Below the pieces are notes generated by a model, which was given only the letters and a program-made list of their open reading frames with translations, was not told where the DNA came from and ran no database searches. A program made the translations under genes and the position numbers. A stretch of DNA of 64,000 nucleotides, taken from positions 22,785-86,784 of IMG/VR virus record IMGVR_UViG_3300031753_000002; one strand, written 5' to 3'. The stretch is from a virus. Positions 9,741 through 18,108 of this stretch are shown piece after piece. Position 1 is the first letter of the stretch. Every line of letters begins with the position of its first letter.

Positions 9741-9830
9741 GACCGTTAACCACGACCGCCGATTTTCCTTGTGAAAGTCGGCGGTCGTGTCATATTCGGG
9801 GCGATGACCAAGCGTATCGGAGGGACCTCT

Positions 9831-10004
9831 ATGACCAAGTTTAGAGAACGGCGGGAATCATGGCCGGCGAATGCGCCGCGCCTGAGCGACCGGGAGCGCG
9901 GCTATCGGCAACGAGAAGATATCCGTATGGTCGCCTCGCTAGTCTTCGCCTTCGGGATCGCATGCGTTCTGTGGATCGTTGGCTGGGGTTTAGGTCAATG
10001 GTAG
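9831..10004 (+). CDS. small membrane protein
   Basis: GGAGGG SD; C-terminal hydrophobic helix. Confidence 0.6.
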   Translation: MTKFRERRESWPANAPRLSDRERGYRQREDIRMVASLVFAFGIACVLWIVGWGLGQW

Positions 10005-10031
10005 CACCGCCATTTGAGAGGAATACGGGAC

Positions 10032-10271
10032 ATGATCAAGTGCAAGAATGCCGACCAATCAAATGCCGATACGGTCAAGCCGGGCGATATCCTAATCGCG
10101 GATGCTGGCTTTACTTGCCTCAAGGAAGGCCGCCCGCTGGTAGTCCAGGAAGACCCAACCAAGGTCGGTGAGCGCATTTCGCGGCTCTATGTCCAGTGTA
10201 ACGACGGGCGGCATTACCTCGATGGGCAACTCGGTGAAGAAAGCGCGCTGATCGGGTTCTATTTCGCGTGA
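10032..10271 (+). CDS. hypothetical protein
   Basis: KPGDILIADAGFTC...LYVQC.DG.HYLDGQ globular phage-type ORF. Confidence 0.65.
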   Translation: MIKCKNADQSNADTVKPGDILIADAGFTCLKEGRPLVVQEDPTKVGERISRLYVQCNDGRHYLDGQLGEESALIGFYFA

Positions 10272-10570
10272 GGGAATTTGAATTCAGTTCCGGGGCCTAT
10301 CAGGACGACCCCGCCTCGCCGGCCATGAGCTTCCGTGCGGACACCATGCACGGACCTGCCGCGGTGTGGACTCTCAAAGACGTGCATGCTGCAATCCAAG
10401 CGTATGCCCGAAAGTTCGGCCCGTACCGCACAACCGCAGCGCTGGTTTTGGTCACAGACCTTTATGACGCCAACAAGATACCCACTAGGCTCTATGGGGT
10501 GCTAATCTGCTATCTTTGTCAGAACATGACTAGTCGGCCACACAGGAGACGTGAGAATGTCAGGACTTGA
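10268..10570 (+). CDS. hypothetical protein
   Basis: GTGA overlap with the previous gene. Confidence 0.5.
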   Translation: MREFEFSSGAYQDDPASPAMSFRADTMHGPAAVWTLKDVHAAIQAYARKFGPYRTTAALVLVTDLYDANKIPTRLYGVLICYLCQNMTSRPHRRRENVRT

Positions 10571-10823
10571 AGAACGAATTCGGGACTTAGCTGAGCGCGG
10601 AAATCTCACGCATATCTCCCTCACGCCGCGGCATGATGGCCGGAAGCTCTTGGGCTGGGCAGCCTCCTACTCCCCAGCGACGGGGTGGGGTCAAGGATTT
10701 GGACTTGACGCCGACCCGGTTACGGCTATCTTGACGGCGATCGACGATTGGAAGCCGGCGAGGAAGCCGCGGAAAACTAAGGTGGTGCCCGACGATGACG
10801 ACCTCCCCGACCCCACGGCGTAA
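10557..10823 (+). CDS. hypothetical protein
   Basis: AGGAG SD; acidic tail. Confidence 0.6.
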   Translation: MSGLEERIRDLAERGNLTHISLTPRHDGRKLLGWAASYSPATGWGQGFGLDADPVTAILTAIDDWKPARKPRKTKVVPDDDDLPDPTA

Positions 10824-11079
10824 GCGACCCGGCTTTACACAAGTCATTCATGGCGACACGATCGTCATGGGCGACCGCAAAGTCGAATACAAGGGTAAGT
10901 ATGTTCGGCTCGAATCTGTGCGGTGCTGCGATTGCGGTTTGACGCACGTGTTGTTATTCAATCGCGCAGTCAAGATGCAGGTTCTTGTCAATACTGTTTC
11001 GACTCGGCTTGCTCGCCGATCGAAGAAATGTCGAAAGCGCATCGCCGCGCTTGCGACCAAGGTCAAGAGGGCGAAATGA
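10795..11079 (+). CDS. hypothetical protein with a CCDCGLxH Zn-binding motif
   Basis: RCCDCGLTH motif common in phage small proteins. Confidence 0.6.
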   Translation: MTTSPTPRRKRPGFTQVIHGDTIVMGDRKVEYKGKYVRLESVRCCDCGLTHVLLFNRAVKMQVLVNTVSTRLARRSKKCRKRIAALATKVKRAK

Positions 11080-11292
11080 GGTACGCCAACTTTGAGCATA
11101 GACGTGCGCATGCACGAGCAATGTCAGGCACGACTCAATGCGCCCGGACAGAACTGAGCGCTCGCCTGAACCGCTGAGATGCCAGTGCGGTGGGACCATC
11201 AACGTCCAGGACTCGCAAGGCCGGTGGATCGTGTGCCCCCTGCTTCGCGGCAAGCACTGTGACGGCGCACCGAAGGCACGGGAGCCTAAGCC

Positions 11293-11484
11293 ATGGGAGT
11301 GAGCATCAAAGATCGTGTCGCGGCACAGCACAGGCGGATCACGGCTGCGAAGCGCGCTGTGGAGGTAGCCTGGGCAGAGCTTCGCGTGATCCAAGCCGAT
11401 TGCCCACATGAGAGGATCGTCGGGACGATGACCATGGGCGAGAGTGGAAGCAAGTGTGTCGAATGCGGTCAGGTGTTCTCATGA
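11293..11484 (+). CDS. small Zn-ribbon protein
   Basis: CPH...CVECG; GGGAG SD. Confidence 0.6.
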   Translation: MGVSIKDRVAAQHRRITAAKRAVEVAWAELRVIQADCPHERIVGTMTMGESGSKCVECGQVFS

Positions 11485-11799
11485 AGCATTTCAGCACGTG
11501 CCGACCGAGAAGCACGAGAGCCGCTAACACTTTCTTAACCGGCGTGTGCTATGATGCTCCCTATTTGGAGGAGCCTGCAAACATGGATGCCGCCTTGATT
11601 GCGTTATTGAAGCAAATCGAAAAAGAGAAGGCCGCGAAGATTAAGGAAAAGTTCACGAAGCTTCGGGAGAAGACCAAATGAAAATCTTTCTGATGATCAT
11701 GATCTTACTCGCCCTCTATGGCGAGTATAATCGACCATCTTGCGGGACGGCCGCGGTGTGCGGCGCTCCGGTTCATGATTTCCTGCATCAGGTGATCGG

Positions 11800-11967
11800 A
11801 TGACCGTCGAGCAAGCGCGCAACGCGGACTACGCCGCGATCGAGGCGCGGGTCTTGGCGCACTTTGCCGCCACGGACCTACCGCGCCCGGAGCGCCGCCT
11901 GAGCGAGGGTGATCGCCGGGCGATCGAGCGATGGTTCCCCGGAAGGCGAGCCGAACACGAACACTGA
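11800..11967 (+). CDS. 55-aa protein carrying a PolA motif A-like peptide
   Basis: Manual translation MTVEQARNADYAAIEARVLAHFA...; ATGA coupling. Confidence 0.55.
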   Translation: MTVEQARNADYAAIEARVLAHFAATDLPRPERRLSEGDRRAIERWFPGRRAEHEH

Positions 11968-11983
11968 AAGGGAGAAAAGCAAA

Positions 11984-12283
11984 ATGCCACGCAATGGACA
12001 CTCGGGCCGATGTTTCCGTGATCGGCGCCGGACCTATGCCCGCAAGGAACGTCAAGGCGTAATCACTGACCAGCGCAAGTTCGCTGAGCTAGCTGTCAGC
12101 GCCGGGTTTTTCAAGACAATCTCGTCGGCGCTCTGGTATGCTCCCCGGTTCGATACCGACTTTTTCAGGTGGATCGTCAAGCAGGCGCCGGGCATCGTGC
12201 GGAAGCTTGATGGCAAGCTCGGGGTCTTGCATCCCAAGAACAAGTTCACAGCCGCACCGGCTAAAAACCCGGTTGCCGGGTGA
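11984..12283 (+). CDS. basic hypothetical protein
   Basis: GGGAGA SD before ATG 11984. Confidence 0.5.
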   Translation: MPRNGHSGRCFRDRRRTYARKERQGVITDQRKFAELAVSAGFFKTISSALWYAPRFDTDFFRWIVKQAPGIVRKLDGKLGVLHPKNKFTAAPAKNPVAG

Positions 12284-12301
12284 GGTGATTCGGGCTAGGA
12301 A
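12262..12301 (+). promoter_or_regulatory. putative late promoter, TAAAARSCCGGTTG class
   Basis: TAAAAACCCGG-TTGCCG-17-TAGGAA; the motif recurs at 15501, 15863, 28967, 36176 and 61957. Confidence 0.65.
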
Positions 12302-12337
12302 AGCCATGGTCCCCCTCCCCAATTTCGGGAGTATGCC

Positions 12338-12571
12338 ATGGCTACCCTTACAACGAAGGCTCGCAACAAGCTTCCCGCGTCCAAGTTTGCGCTGTCCGGC
12401 GAGCGCTATCCGGTCGAAGACAAGGCGCACGCTCGCGCCGCGCTCTCGCGTGTGAGCCACGCGGCCAAGGTCGGCAATGTGACGCCCGCCGAAGCCGCGA
12501 AGGTTCGCCACAAAGCGGAGCATGTTCTCGGCGAGACAGATTCCACTTACCATAATACTCCCGGAAGATGA
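12338..12571 (+). CDS. DUF6582-like protein
   Basis: RNKLPASKFAL...RYPVEDKAHARAALSRV matches my recollection of the family motif. Confidence 0.7.
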   Translation: MATLTTKARNKLPASKFALSGERYPVEDKAHARAALSRVSHAAKVGNVTPAEAAKVRHKAEHVLGETDSTYHNTPGR

Positions 12572-12641
12572 CAGCGAAGATATCGGTTGCGCTTCCGTGA
12601 GCGCGGTGTTAGTGTCTACGGGCAAGGCGAAAGGAACGCCA

Positions 12642-12971
12642 ATGTTCAAGACAAACCGCCGCATCGCGGCACTGGAAAAGTGGAGAAGATTCATGGATGC
12701 TCAAGTGCAAGCCCTGACCGACAACGAGAAGGCTCTCGCCGACAATGTGGCTAAGCTGATCGCCGATGTCGGCGATTTGCAAAAGCAACTCGCCGCTGGT
12801 ATCGACGCGGGCGATGAAGCCGCAATCGCGGCCGTCAATGTCGGCTTGACCGATTTGGTGACTCGCACCGCCGCCGCTCTGGCGACCGGTGCCTCTGGCG
12901 CCTCCGGTGCCTCTGGCGCCTCCGGTGCCTCCGGTGCCTCTGGCGCCTCCGGTGCCTCTGGCGCCAGCTAA
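12642..12971 (+). CDS. coiled-coil protein with a C-terminal (GAS)9 tail
   Basis: AAGGA SD; 81-nt GAS codon repeat at 12888-12968. Confidence 0.75.
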   Translation: MFKTNRRIAALEKWRRFMDAQVQALTDNEKALADNVAKLIADVGDLQKQLAAGIDAGDEAAIAAVNVGLTDLVTRTAAALATGASGASGASGASGASGASGASGASGAS

Positions 12972-12981
12972 GGCGAGAACG

Positions 12982-13203
12982 ATGGCAAAGGACGCCAAGG
13001 GTCACGGTAGCGAATCGCGGCGCGATGCAGTCGCAGCGGGCCGTGCCTTGGCGTCCCATCAACTCAAAATTCAGCATCTCGACACGTCGCTGCTTGGCAA
13101 TCCATGGCGCACGGTCGGGGCGAAGACGAACCGAGCCACTGCCGAGCGCATTGCGCAGCATATGCGCACGGACAACGCTGATACTCTTGTGAGGGTACGA
13201 TAA
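12982..13203 (+). CDS. KDAKGHGS-leader protein 1
   Basis: MAKDAKGHGSESRR...; TAATG coupling to the next gene. Confidence 0.8.
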   Translation: MAKDAKGHGSESRRDAVAAGRALASHQLKIQHLDTSLLGNPWRTVGAKTNRATAERIAQHMRTDNADTLVRVR

Positions 13204-13550
13204 TGGCCAAGGATGCAAAAGGACACGGCTCCGAAAGCCGCGGCATCGCCTCGATTACCGGCGCATCGACAACGATGCTCGACGGTCAGCTTCACGGCTC
13301 CGTCAGTTGGAAGGATCACGGCGGCCGAACCGGCACGACCTCCGGACTCATGGACAACGCGCACATGCAAGCGCTTATGGCGCGAGCCGGTCGCGAAGGC
13401 ATCACCGATCGGAACGCAGCCGGCGCGCTTGCGCAAGGTCACCCCAAATCAGCGCCCGTGGCAGTGCATCCGGCTATCAAAGCGGATAACGATGCGGCAA
13501 TTTCCAGATTGAGGCCTGCCTACGGAGCCGGCGTCGGATATCGAAAGTAA
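13203..13550 (+). CDS. KDAKGHGS-leader protein 2
   Basis: MAKDAKGHGSESRG...; also carries the ALAQGHPK module. Confidence 0.8.
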   Translation: MAKDAKGHGSESRGIASITGASTTMLDGQLHGSVSWKDHGGRTGTTSGLMDNAHMQALMARAGREGITDRNAAGALAQGHPKSAPVAVHPAIKADNDAAISRLRPAYGAGVGYRK

Positions 13551-13590
13551 ACTGGCATCACGGCCATACCGAGGCATCTAGGAGTGTGAA

Positions 13591-13881
13591 ATGGCCAAGG
13601 ACAGGTTCGGACATGGAAGCGACGGACGCGGCGGAAGCCGCGGGAGCTTTGGGCAGGGCAATGCACGGTACGGCGGCTATCAGGGGCCGGGCACGCAACG
13701 GCTCATGGATTTGCTTCACGGCACGCACGCCGAGCGCTACGGCGCGGGCCTTAGCCGGGCCTCGGGTGATTCCGATTTCTCTCGCAAGGGCGGGAATCTC
13801 TATCTAGGGCCTACCCCGCCCCCGGCGCATGTCAGCACGCGAGAGCAATTCGCCTCGGCATTGAAGGGAATACGGTCATGA
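13591..13881 (+). CDS. KDAKGHGS-leader protein 3 (variant KDRFGHGS)
   Basis: AGGAG SD; MAKDRFGHGSDGRG... Confidence 0.8.
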   Translation: MAKDRFGHGSDGRGGSRGSFGQGNARYGGYQGPGTQRLMDLLHGTHAERYGAGLSRASGDSDFSRKGGNLYLGPTPPPAHVSTREQFASALKGIRS

Positions 13882-14154
13882 AAGACGCAAAGGGTCACGG
13901 CAGCGCTTCAGCGGCCGGGTCCGGTACCACCGAATTCCATGGATGCCATCCGCGCGCATGTCGGCGCTGGCGGAGTTGTCAGTGTCTTGACGCAAACCCG
14001 ATCGACCGTGATGGAGAAGAAACATTTTGACAAGTGGGACAAGGCAGGCACGCCGCTCTTGAAGCCCGAGGGCGAGGGCTATCGAATGCACACTGAAGGG
14101 GAGCGTGGCGTCTATTTGCTGCCCGATCAGTTGCGTTACGGAGTTCGGCAATGA
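13878..14154 (+). pseudogene. KDAKGHGS-leader protein 4, with the leader and cargo in different frames
   Basis: ATG 13878 gives MKDAKGHGS; the cargo ORF 13939..14154 (MDAIRAH...) is in the +1 frame and its stop couples to 14151. Confidence 0.65.
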
Positions 14155-14591
14155 AGGACGCGAAAGGACATGGTAGCGATGCACACGGGGCCGGGGTTGC
14201 GCAAGTCGGGCAACCGATTCCGGTAGCTGCGAAGGTGGCGGGCGTTATCCAACGTAACCCGAACGGTTTCTCTGTGACGCCAAGCGGGCAAGTGCCAACC
14301 AACGGCTTCATGGTTTCTGTGCCGGGCCGGACGCGCTTCTTGAACCCAGGCGAGGTCACGCCTCAACACGTGGCGGAGTTCGCCAATCAGCACGCCGACC
14401 TCTTTCGGGACAACCCGAATATGCACGTCGGCATGTGGCACGATCCGGCGACCGAAAGGGTCCATCTTGACCCATCCGAGAATTTCAAGAGTCGATCATC
14501 GGCCGAAACCGCCGGAAAGTCGCGTAACCAGATTGCGATTTGGGACGTGCAGAACCGGCGGTCGATTCCGACCGGAGGTACAGGCGGCTAG
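14151..14591 (+). CDS. KDAKGHGS-leader protein 5 with a globular cargo domain
   Basis: MKDAKGHGSDAHG...; cargo GFSV...GFMVS...GMWHD...HLD.S...NQIAIWD. Confidence 0.85.
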   Translation: MKDAKGHGSDAHGAGVAQVGQPIPVAAKVAGVIQRNPNGFSVTPSGQVPTNGFMVSVPGRTRFLNPGEVTPQHVAEFANQHADLFRDNPNMHVGMWHDPATERVHLDPSENFKSRSSAETAGKSRNQIAIWDVQNRRSIPTGGTGG

Positions 14592-14629
14592 CAGAAAGTC
14601 TTGCGCACGTGAAAGTTAGGAAGGTTCCG

Positions 14630-14791
14630 ATGAATGGATGCTATCAAGACGGCGGAGAGCCGACCACAAAGTCGGCCGCCGCGGCGCTCGCTCAGGGTCA
14701 TCCGAAGGCGACGCCCGTGCCTGTCAAGTGGGGCATGAAGGATCAACAGGACCCGAGTATAGTCAAGCCCAAGGGGAAACGTGAGGGCTAG
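14630..14791 (+). CDS. small protein made of ALAQGHPK and PVKWGMKDQ modules
   Basis: AGGAAGG SD; motifs shared with 13203 and 15937. Confidence 0.65.
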   Translation: MNGCYQDGGEPTTKSAAAALAQGHPKATPVPVKWGMKDQQDPSIVKPKGKREG

Positions 14792-14792
14792 C

Positions 14793-15041
14793 ATGTTATC
14801 TTTTGTCGGATATGGTCTCACGACTGCCGACATTCTGTATCATCGGCCGGATCATCTGTGGCTTCTCCAAAGGTACCTCTGGCAAGCATTCGATCAAGCC
14901 CCGAGTTTCCCTCGCTTGCATCGATTCCTGGATTTCTGGCAGAGCAATCTCGACGGTCCGCTGCATTCGGTCACGATCACGCATGCGACGTTGGTTATGC
15001 CAGCGGAGTTGCGATATGCGAGTAATCATTTTCTGATGTGA
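14793..15041 (+). CDS. usg: Usg-family protein
   Basis: GYGLTTADILYHRPDH.WLLQ.Y.WQ..D.AP.FP.L..FLDFWQ..LDGPLHSV is the alphaproteobacterial Usg signature. Confidence 0.85.
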   Translation: MLSFVGYGLTTADILYHRPDHLWLLQRYLWQAFDQAPSFPRLHRFLDFWQSNLDGPLHSVTITHATLVMPAELRYASNHFLM

Positions 15042-15048
15042 GGGGCAC

Positions 15049-15273
15049 ATGCCTGTCGTCAGTCGAGCCCAAGCTGGCTTTGTCGCCATGAGTAAGACCG
15101 CTCAGGGCCGCGCCAAGTTGCGCGCTCATGGCAAGCGGCCAATGCCGGTCAAGGTCGCGACCGAGTTTCAGACGGCAAGCCGAGGCTTGTCGGTCAAGAG
15201 CTTGCCTATGCGCAAGAAGCGGCCGGCGCACGAAGCCGGCATACACACTGCAACGCGGAGGTCCCGCCTATGA
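15049..15273 (+). CDS. small basic protein (MPxxSxAQ type)
   Basis: GAGGGG SD; MPVVSRAQ N-terminus seen in phage late small proteins. Confidence 0.7.
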   Translation: MPVVSRAQAGFVAMSKTAQGRAKLRAHGKRPMPVKVATEFQTASRGLSVKSLPMRKKRPAHEAGIHTATRRSRL

Positions 15274-15491
15274 CGACAAAGATCAAGATCGAGAATGATG
15301 GTACCAGCAACGGCGACGTTGTGGTGCGTGCTTTCAATTCGTGCGAGGGTACGATCGCATTCGAGTTGCTCCCGGGCGAAGCTCGGGAGTTGTGGATCAC
15401 AGACAATACCGGACTGTTCGTGACGGAGACGTGGCCGACCAAGAAGCCGAATCCCGATAGTCCGGCGCCAGCCGAGCCCGGCGAGGATTGA
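15270..15491 (+). CDS. hypothetical protein
   Basis: GGAGG SD; ATGA coupling. Confidence 0.7.
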   Translation: MTTKIKIENDGTSNGDVVVRAFNSCEGTIAFELLPGEARELWITDNTGLFVTETWPTKKPNPDSPAPAEPGED

Positions 15492-15528
15492 TCCGACCGC
15501 TAAAAGCCCGGTTGCATATAGAGCCGCG

Positions 15529-15858
15529 ATGGTGAATCAGCGTAAAGTTCGTGCTCGCTCTGTTCGATATCGGGCTGCACATCCGCAACGCGTGCGCGAT
15601 TCGGATAGATCACGCCGCGCTCGAAAAATGGGCTATGAACCGCCACCTTCTGAAAAGGATTGTTCGGCACGACCACGTGATGGTCGATGCGATTGTTGTT
15701 TACGGCCGACAATACGATTTCATTTAGATCACGACCATGTAACCGGCGCGTTTCGCGGCTGGGTTTGTGGTCCGTGCAATCAATCAGCTTTTCCTGATGA
15801 TCCGGTGCGATTGCGAGAACGCGCCGATTTTCTGGATCGTAAATTACCTTGGCAGTGA
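15529..15858 (+). CDS. endonuclease VII-type HNH protein
   Basis: CDCC...HLDHDHVTGAFRGWVCGPCN. Confidence 0.85.
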   Translation: MVNQRKVRARSVRYRAAHPQRVRDSDRSRRARKMGYEPPPSEKDCSARPRDGRCDCCLRPTIRFHLDHDHVTGAFRGWVCGPCNQSAFPDDPVRLRERADFLDRKLPWQ

Positions 15859-15936
15859 CGGCTAAAAACCCGGTTGCGCATAGCTTGGCTCCCAGCTAAG
15901 TTATCGCGACGGTTTTTCTTTATTTTGGAGGTCACC

Positions 15937-16446
15937 ATGGCTGTATCTGGCAGTGGCACGGCAGTCCGTGCAAATAACCCCGACCCGCCGATGGTGGATC
16001 AGACCAAGTATGACGCACGTTCCGGTGCTCCGAAGCGTCCGCAGACCACGTACCCGGTCAAGTGGGGCATGAAGGATCAGACAACCATGTCCGGCCTCGG
16101 CGTAGGTATTGGCGGGCCAGCCGGCGCGCCGGATGCAAGCTCGCCGAATCCGCTCGACCCGGAGCCCCGCGTCAAGAATTTGCGACGCCAGCCGGTCAAA
16201 CTCGAAGCCAAGTGGGGAATGCGCGGAGCGTCGCAGACGGACGGCATGAGTGATAGTCATGTCACCGGCAAGACTCTCGAAACCACGATGCCAGATGGCA
16301 GCAAGCTCGGTGCGGAGGCGATGGCAGGCAAGGTTCTCGGTGAGGCAATTCTCTCGGGATCGAGCAAGCTCCCGGCTTCGCAGAGCGCGAAGACCGACAG
16401 TGGTACCGCCCCGAAGCCTTGGCCGGCGCAAGATCGCGGCGGGTAA
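15937..16446 (+). CDS. low-complexity protein with two KWGM motifs
   Basis: GGAGG SD; promoter motif at 15863. Confidence 0.75.
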   Translation: MAVSGSGTAVRANNPDPPMVDQTKYDARSGAPKRPQTTYPVKWGMKDQTTMSGLGVGIGGPAGAPDASSPNPLDPEPRVKNLRRQPVKLEAKWGMRGASQTDGMSDSHVTGKTLETTMPDGSKLGAEAMAGKVLGEAILSGSSKLPASQSAKTDSGTAPKPWPAQDRGG

Positions 16447-16449
16447 CGT

Positions 16450-16752
16450 ATGCGCGCCGTCCGCAGTACGCGGCCGGGCTACGCGGACCCGAGCAATCCT
16501 TGGGCGATCGCCAAGCAGCCGGCATCTCAAGGCGCTGAGGCGGTCAGTGTCATCGGGCACGGGCATGTTGCGCCTGAATTCGCCGCGGCCGTCATGCATA
16601 ACGATTTGTCGGATGACGAACGCAATTTGATGCAGGGCTACAAACCTACGCCGTTGCCTTGGTCTCAAGTGCCGACCGAAGGGTCAGATACAAATGAGAC
16701 CGAGGGAGACGGGAGTGTAAGAGACCCTACAGGACAGGGATTCGGGACATGA
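16450..16752 (+). CDS. hypothetical protein
   Basis: Tightly packed in the operon. Confidence 0.6.
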   Translation: MRAVRSTRPGYADPSNPWAIAKQPASQGAEAVSVIGHGHVAPEFAAAVMHNDLSDDERNLMQGYKPTPLPWSQVPTEGSDTNETEGDGSVRDPTGQGFGT

Positions 16753-16892
16753 GCCTCATTATTTTGATTATCGTGCTTTTGCTGCTTTTCGGCGGCGCCG
16801 GGCATTATTATGGCGGCCCGGCTTGGGGCGGGGGCGGCATCGGGCTTGTGCTCCTGATTTTGCTTATCCTGTTTTTGTTCGGTCGAATCTAG
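16749..16892 (+). CDS. DUF3309-like small membrane protein (47 aa)
   Basis: MSLIILIIVLLLLFGG...YGG..WGGGGIGLVLLILLILFLFGRI. Confidence 0.8.
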   Translation: MSLIILIIVLLLLFGGAGHYYGGPAWGGGGIGLVLLILLILFLFGRI

Positions 16893-16901
16893 GAGGACGC
16901 C

Positions 16902-17054
16902 ATGGCGCCTATCGCAGCCGTCAAGTTCATTGGTTCGTGGGGATGCATCGTCGGCGCCGTCGTGCTCATGGTGCTCGGGCATGAGACGTTCGGGCTGCCC
17001 GGCGTGCTTGCGCTTCTCTCGATAGCATTTTCTCAAGCCCCGGTGACGTGGTGA
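16902..17054 (+). CDS. small membrane protein
   Basis: AGGAGG SD; two hydrophobic segments. Confidence 0.6.
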   Translation: MAPIAAVKFIGSWGCIVGAVVLMVLGHETFGLPGVLALLSIAFSQAPVTW

Positions 17055-17248
17055 AAGACGCAAAGGGACATGGCAGCGATCCGCGTAATGCCGGCGGATC
17101 GAAAGCGTCGCATGAGCGCGCGGCACCTTCGGTTCGTCCAGCGATTCAGATGATGGCTAAGCACGGGGACCTCTTTGACCCAGCGACGATATCTGAGGCA
17201 CCCACTACGCACCTAGCCGCGCACATCGCGCACTTTATGGGACTGTGA
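17051..17248 (+). CDS. KDAKGHGS-leader protein 6
   Basis: GTG start overlapping the previous TGA; (M)KDAKGHGSDPR... Confidence 0.75.
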   Translation: MKDAKGHGSDPRNAGGSKASHERAAPSVRPAIQMMAKHGDLFDPATISEAPTTHLAAHIAHFMGL

Positions 17249-17254
17249 ACGGCT

Positions 17255-17719
17255 ATGATCCGCGGAAAACGACAATATGGAGCACGGCAGCAATATGGCA
17301 TTCCCTTTGGAGGATTGAATTCTACGCGCCCGGCACAGAGCCCCGAAAGTGATTTGCAAAATTTAGGCGGCACGGCGCCGGGGGGATTAGTTGGGTTTCC
17401 TGGTGGAAATTCACAATGGAACACACCAAACGCCGCAGTGCATGCCGATGCAAATTTGCCGCCCGGCGCAACAGTCAATCCGTTGCACAAGGCGTTGGCG
17501 TATAGCCATGCGACGGCTGCGGATGGCGCACCGGATGTGGCGCGCAACGTACCAATTCACCCCGGCCTTCGGCCGGGCCTGTTCCGCACGGCGAGCGATG
17601 CCAATCCGCGCGCCCCGGACGGGCAGATAACAACGCAGGGGCCGATCGCTCCGAATGGTAGGTACCGCGGCGACTCGCCTGAGATACCGAAGCAGCCGAA
17701 AGGCACGTACGTCCGATGA
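17255..17719 (+). CDS. Pro/Gly-rich hypothetical protein
   Basis: 154-aa ORF in the late small-gene cluster. Confidence 0.6.
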   Translation: MIRGKRQYGARQQYGIPFGGLNSTRPAQSPESDLQNLGGTAPGGLVGFPGGNSQWNTPNAAVHADANLPPGATVNPLHKALAYSHATAADGAPDVARNVPIHPGLRPGLFRTASDANPRAPDGQITTQGPIAPNGRYRGDSPEIPKQPKGTYVR

Positions 17720-17772
17720 TAATGCTCTATGTGGCATATGTCGCGACGATACAGGCAATGTGGGAGATTGTG

Positions 17773-18108
17773 ATGGCACAAGAAATCGTTGGTTCTCGGA
17801 TGCCGACGTTGGCGTCCGATGCGCTTCACCCGTCCGATCGCGGCTATGGACAGAACGGCTTTGCCGGGCCGTCGAGTGATGAACCGGGACAGAACAGCAA
17901 GAGCGGTTTCCTGCCCGGTGTCGATCTAGCCGCGGCTGTGGCCGATAATGGGCTGCGATCGGCTCCGCAAGAGCTTTCGCGTTCGGGAATGGAGCGTCCG
18001 CGGGGTGAGAAGGGCGGCCACATTCAAGGGCCGCAGACGCGCCACGTCAGCGATGCCGGTTATCCGCCGTCGTTTGGGATGACCTCGCGGTCGCCTCGCG
18101 ACCGATAA
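17773..18108 (+). CDS. Gly/Ser-rich hypothetical protein
   Basis: GGGAG SD. Confidence 0.6.
   Translation: MAQEIVGSRMPTLASDALHPSDRGYGQNGFAGPSSDEPGQNSKSGFLPGVDLAAAVADNGLRSAPQELSRSGMERPRGEKGGHIQGPQTRHVSDAGYPPSFGMTSRSPRDR

Noticed and set aside
12889-12981. PLAPPV-repeat N-terminal extension of ORF 12889..13203, and similar Pro/Arg repeat ORFs at 32.4 and 49 kb
   Set aside because: These are alternate-frame readings of the GAS/GAT codon repeats; the real start is ATG 12982.
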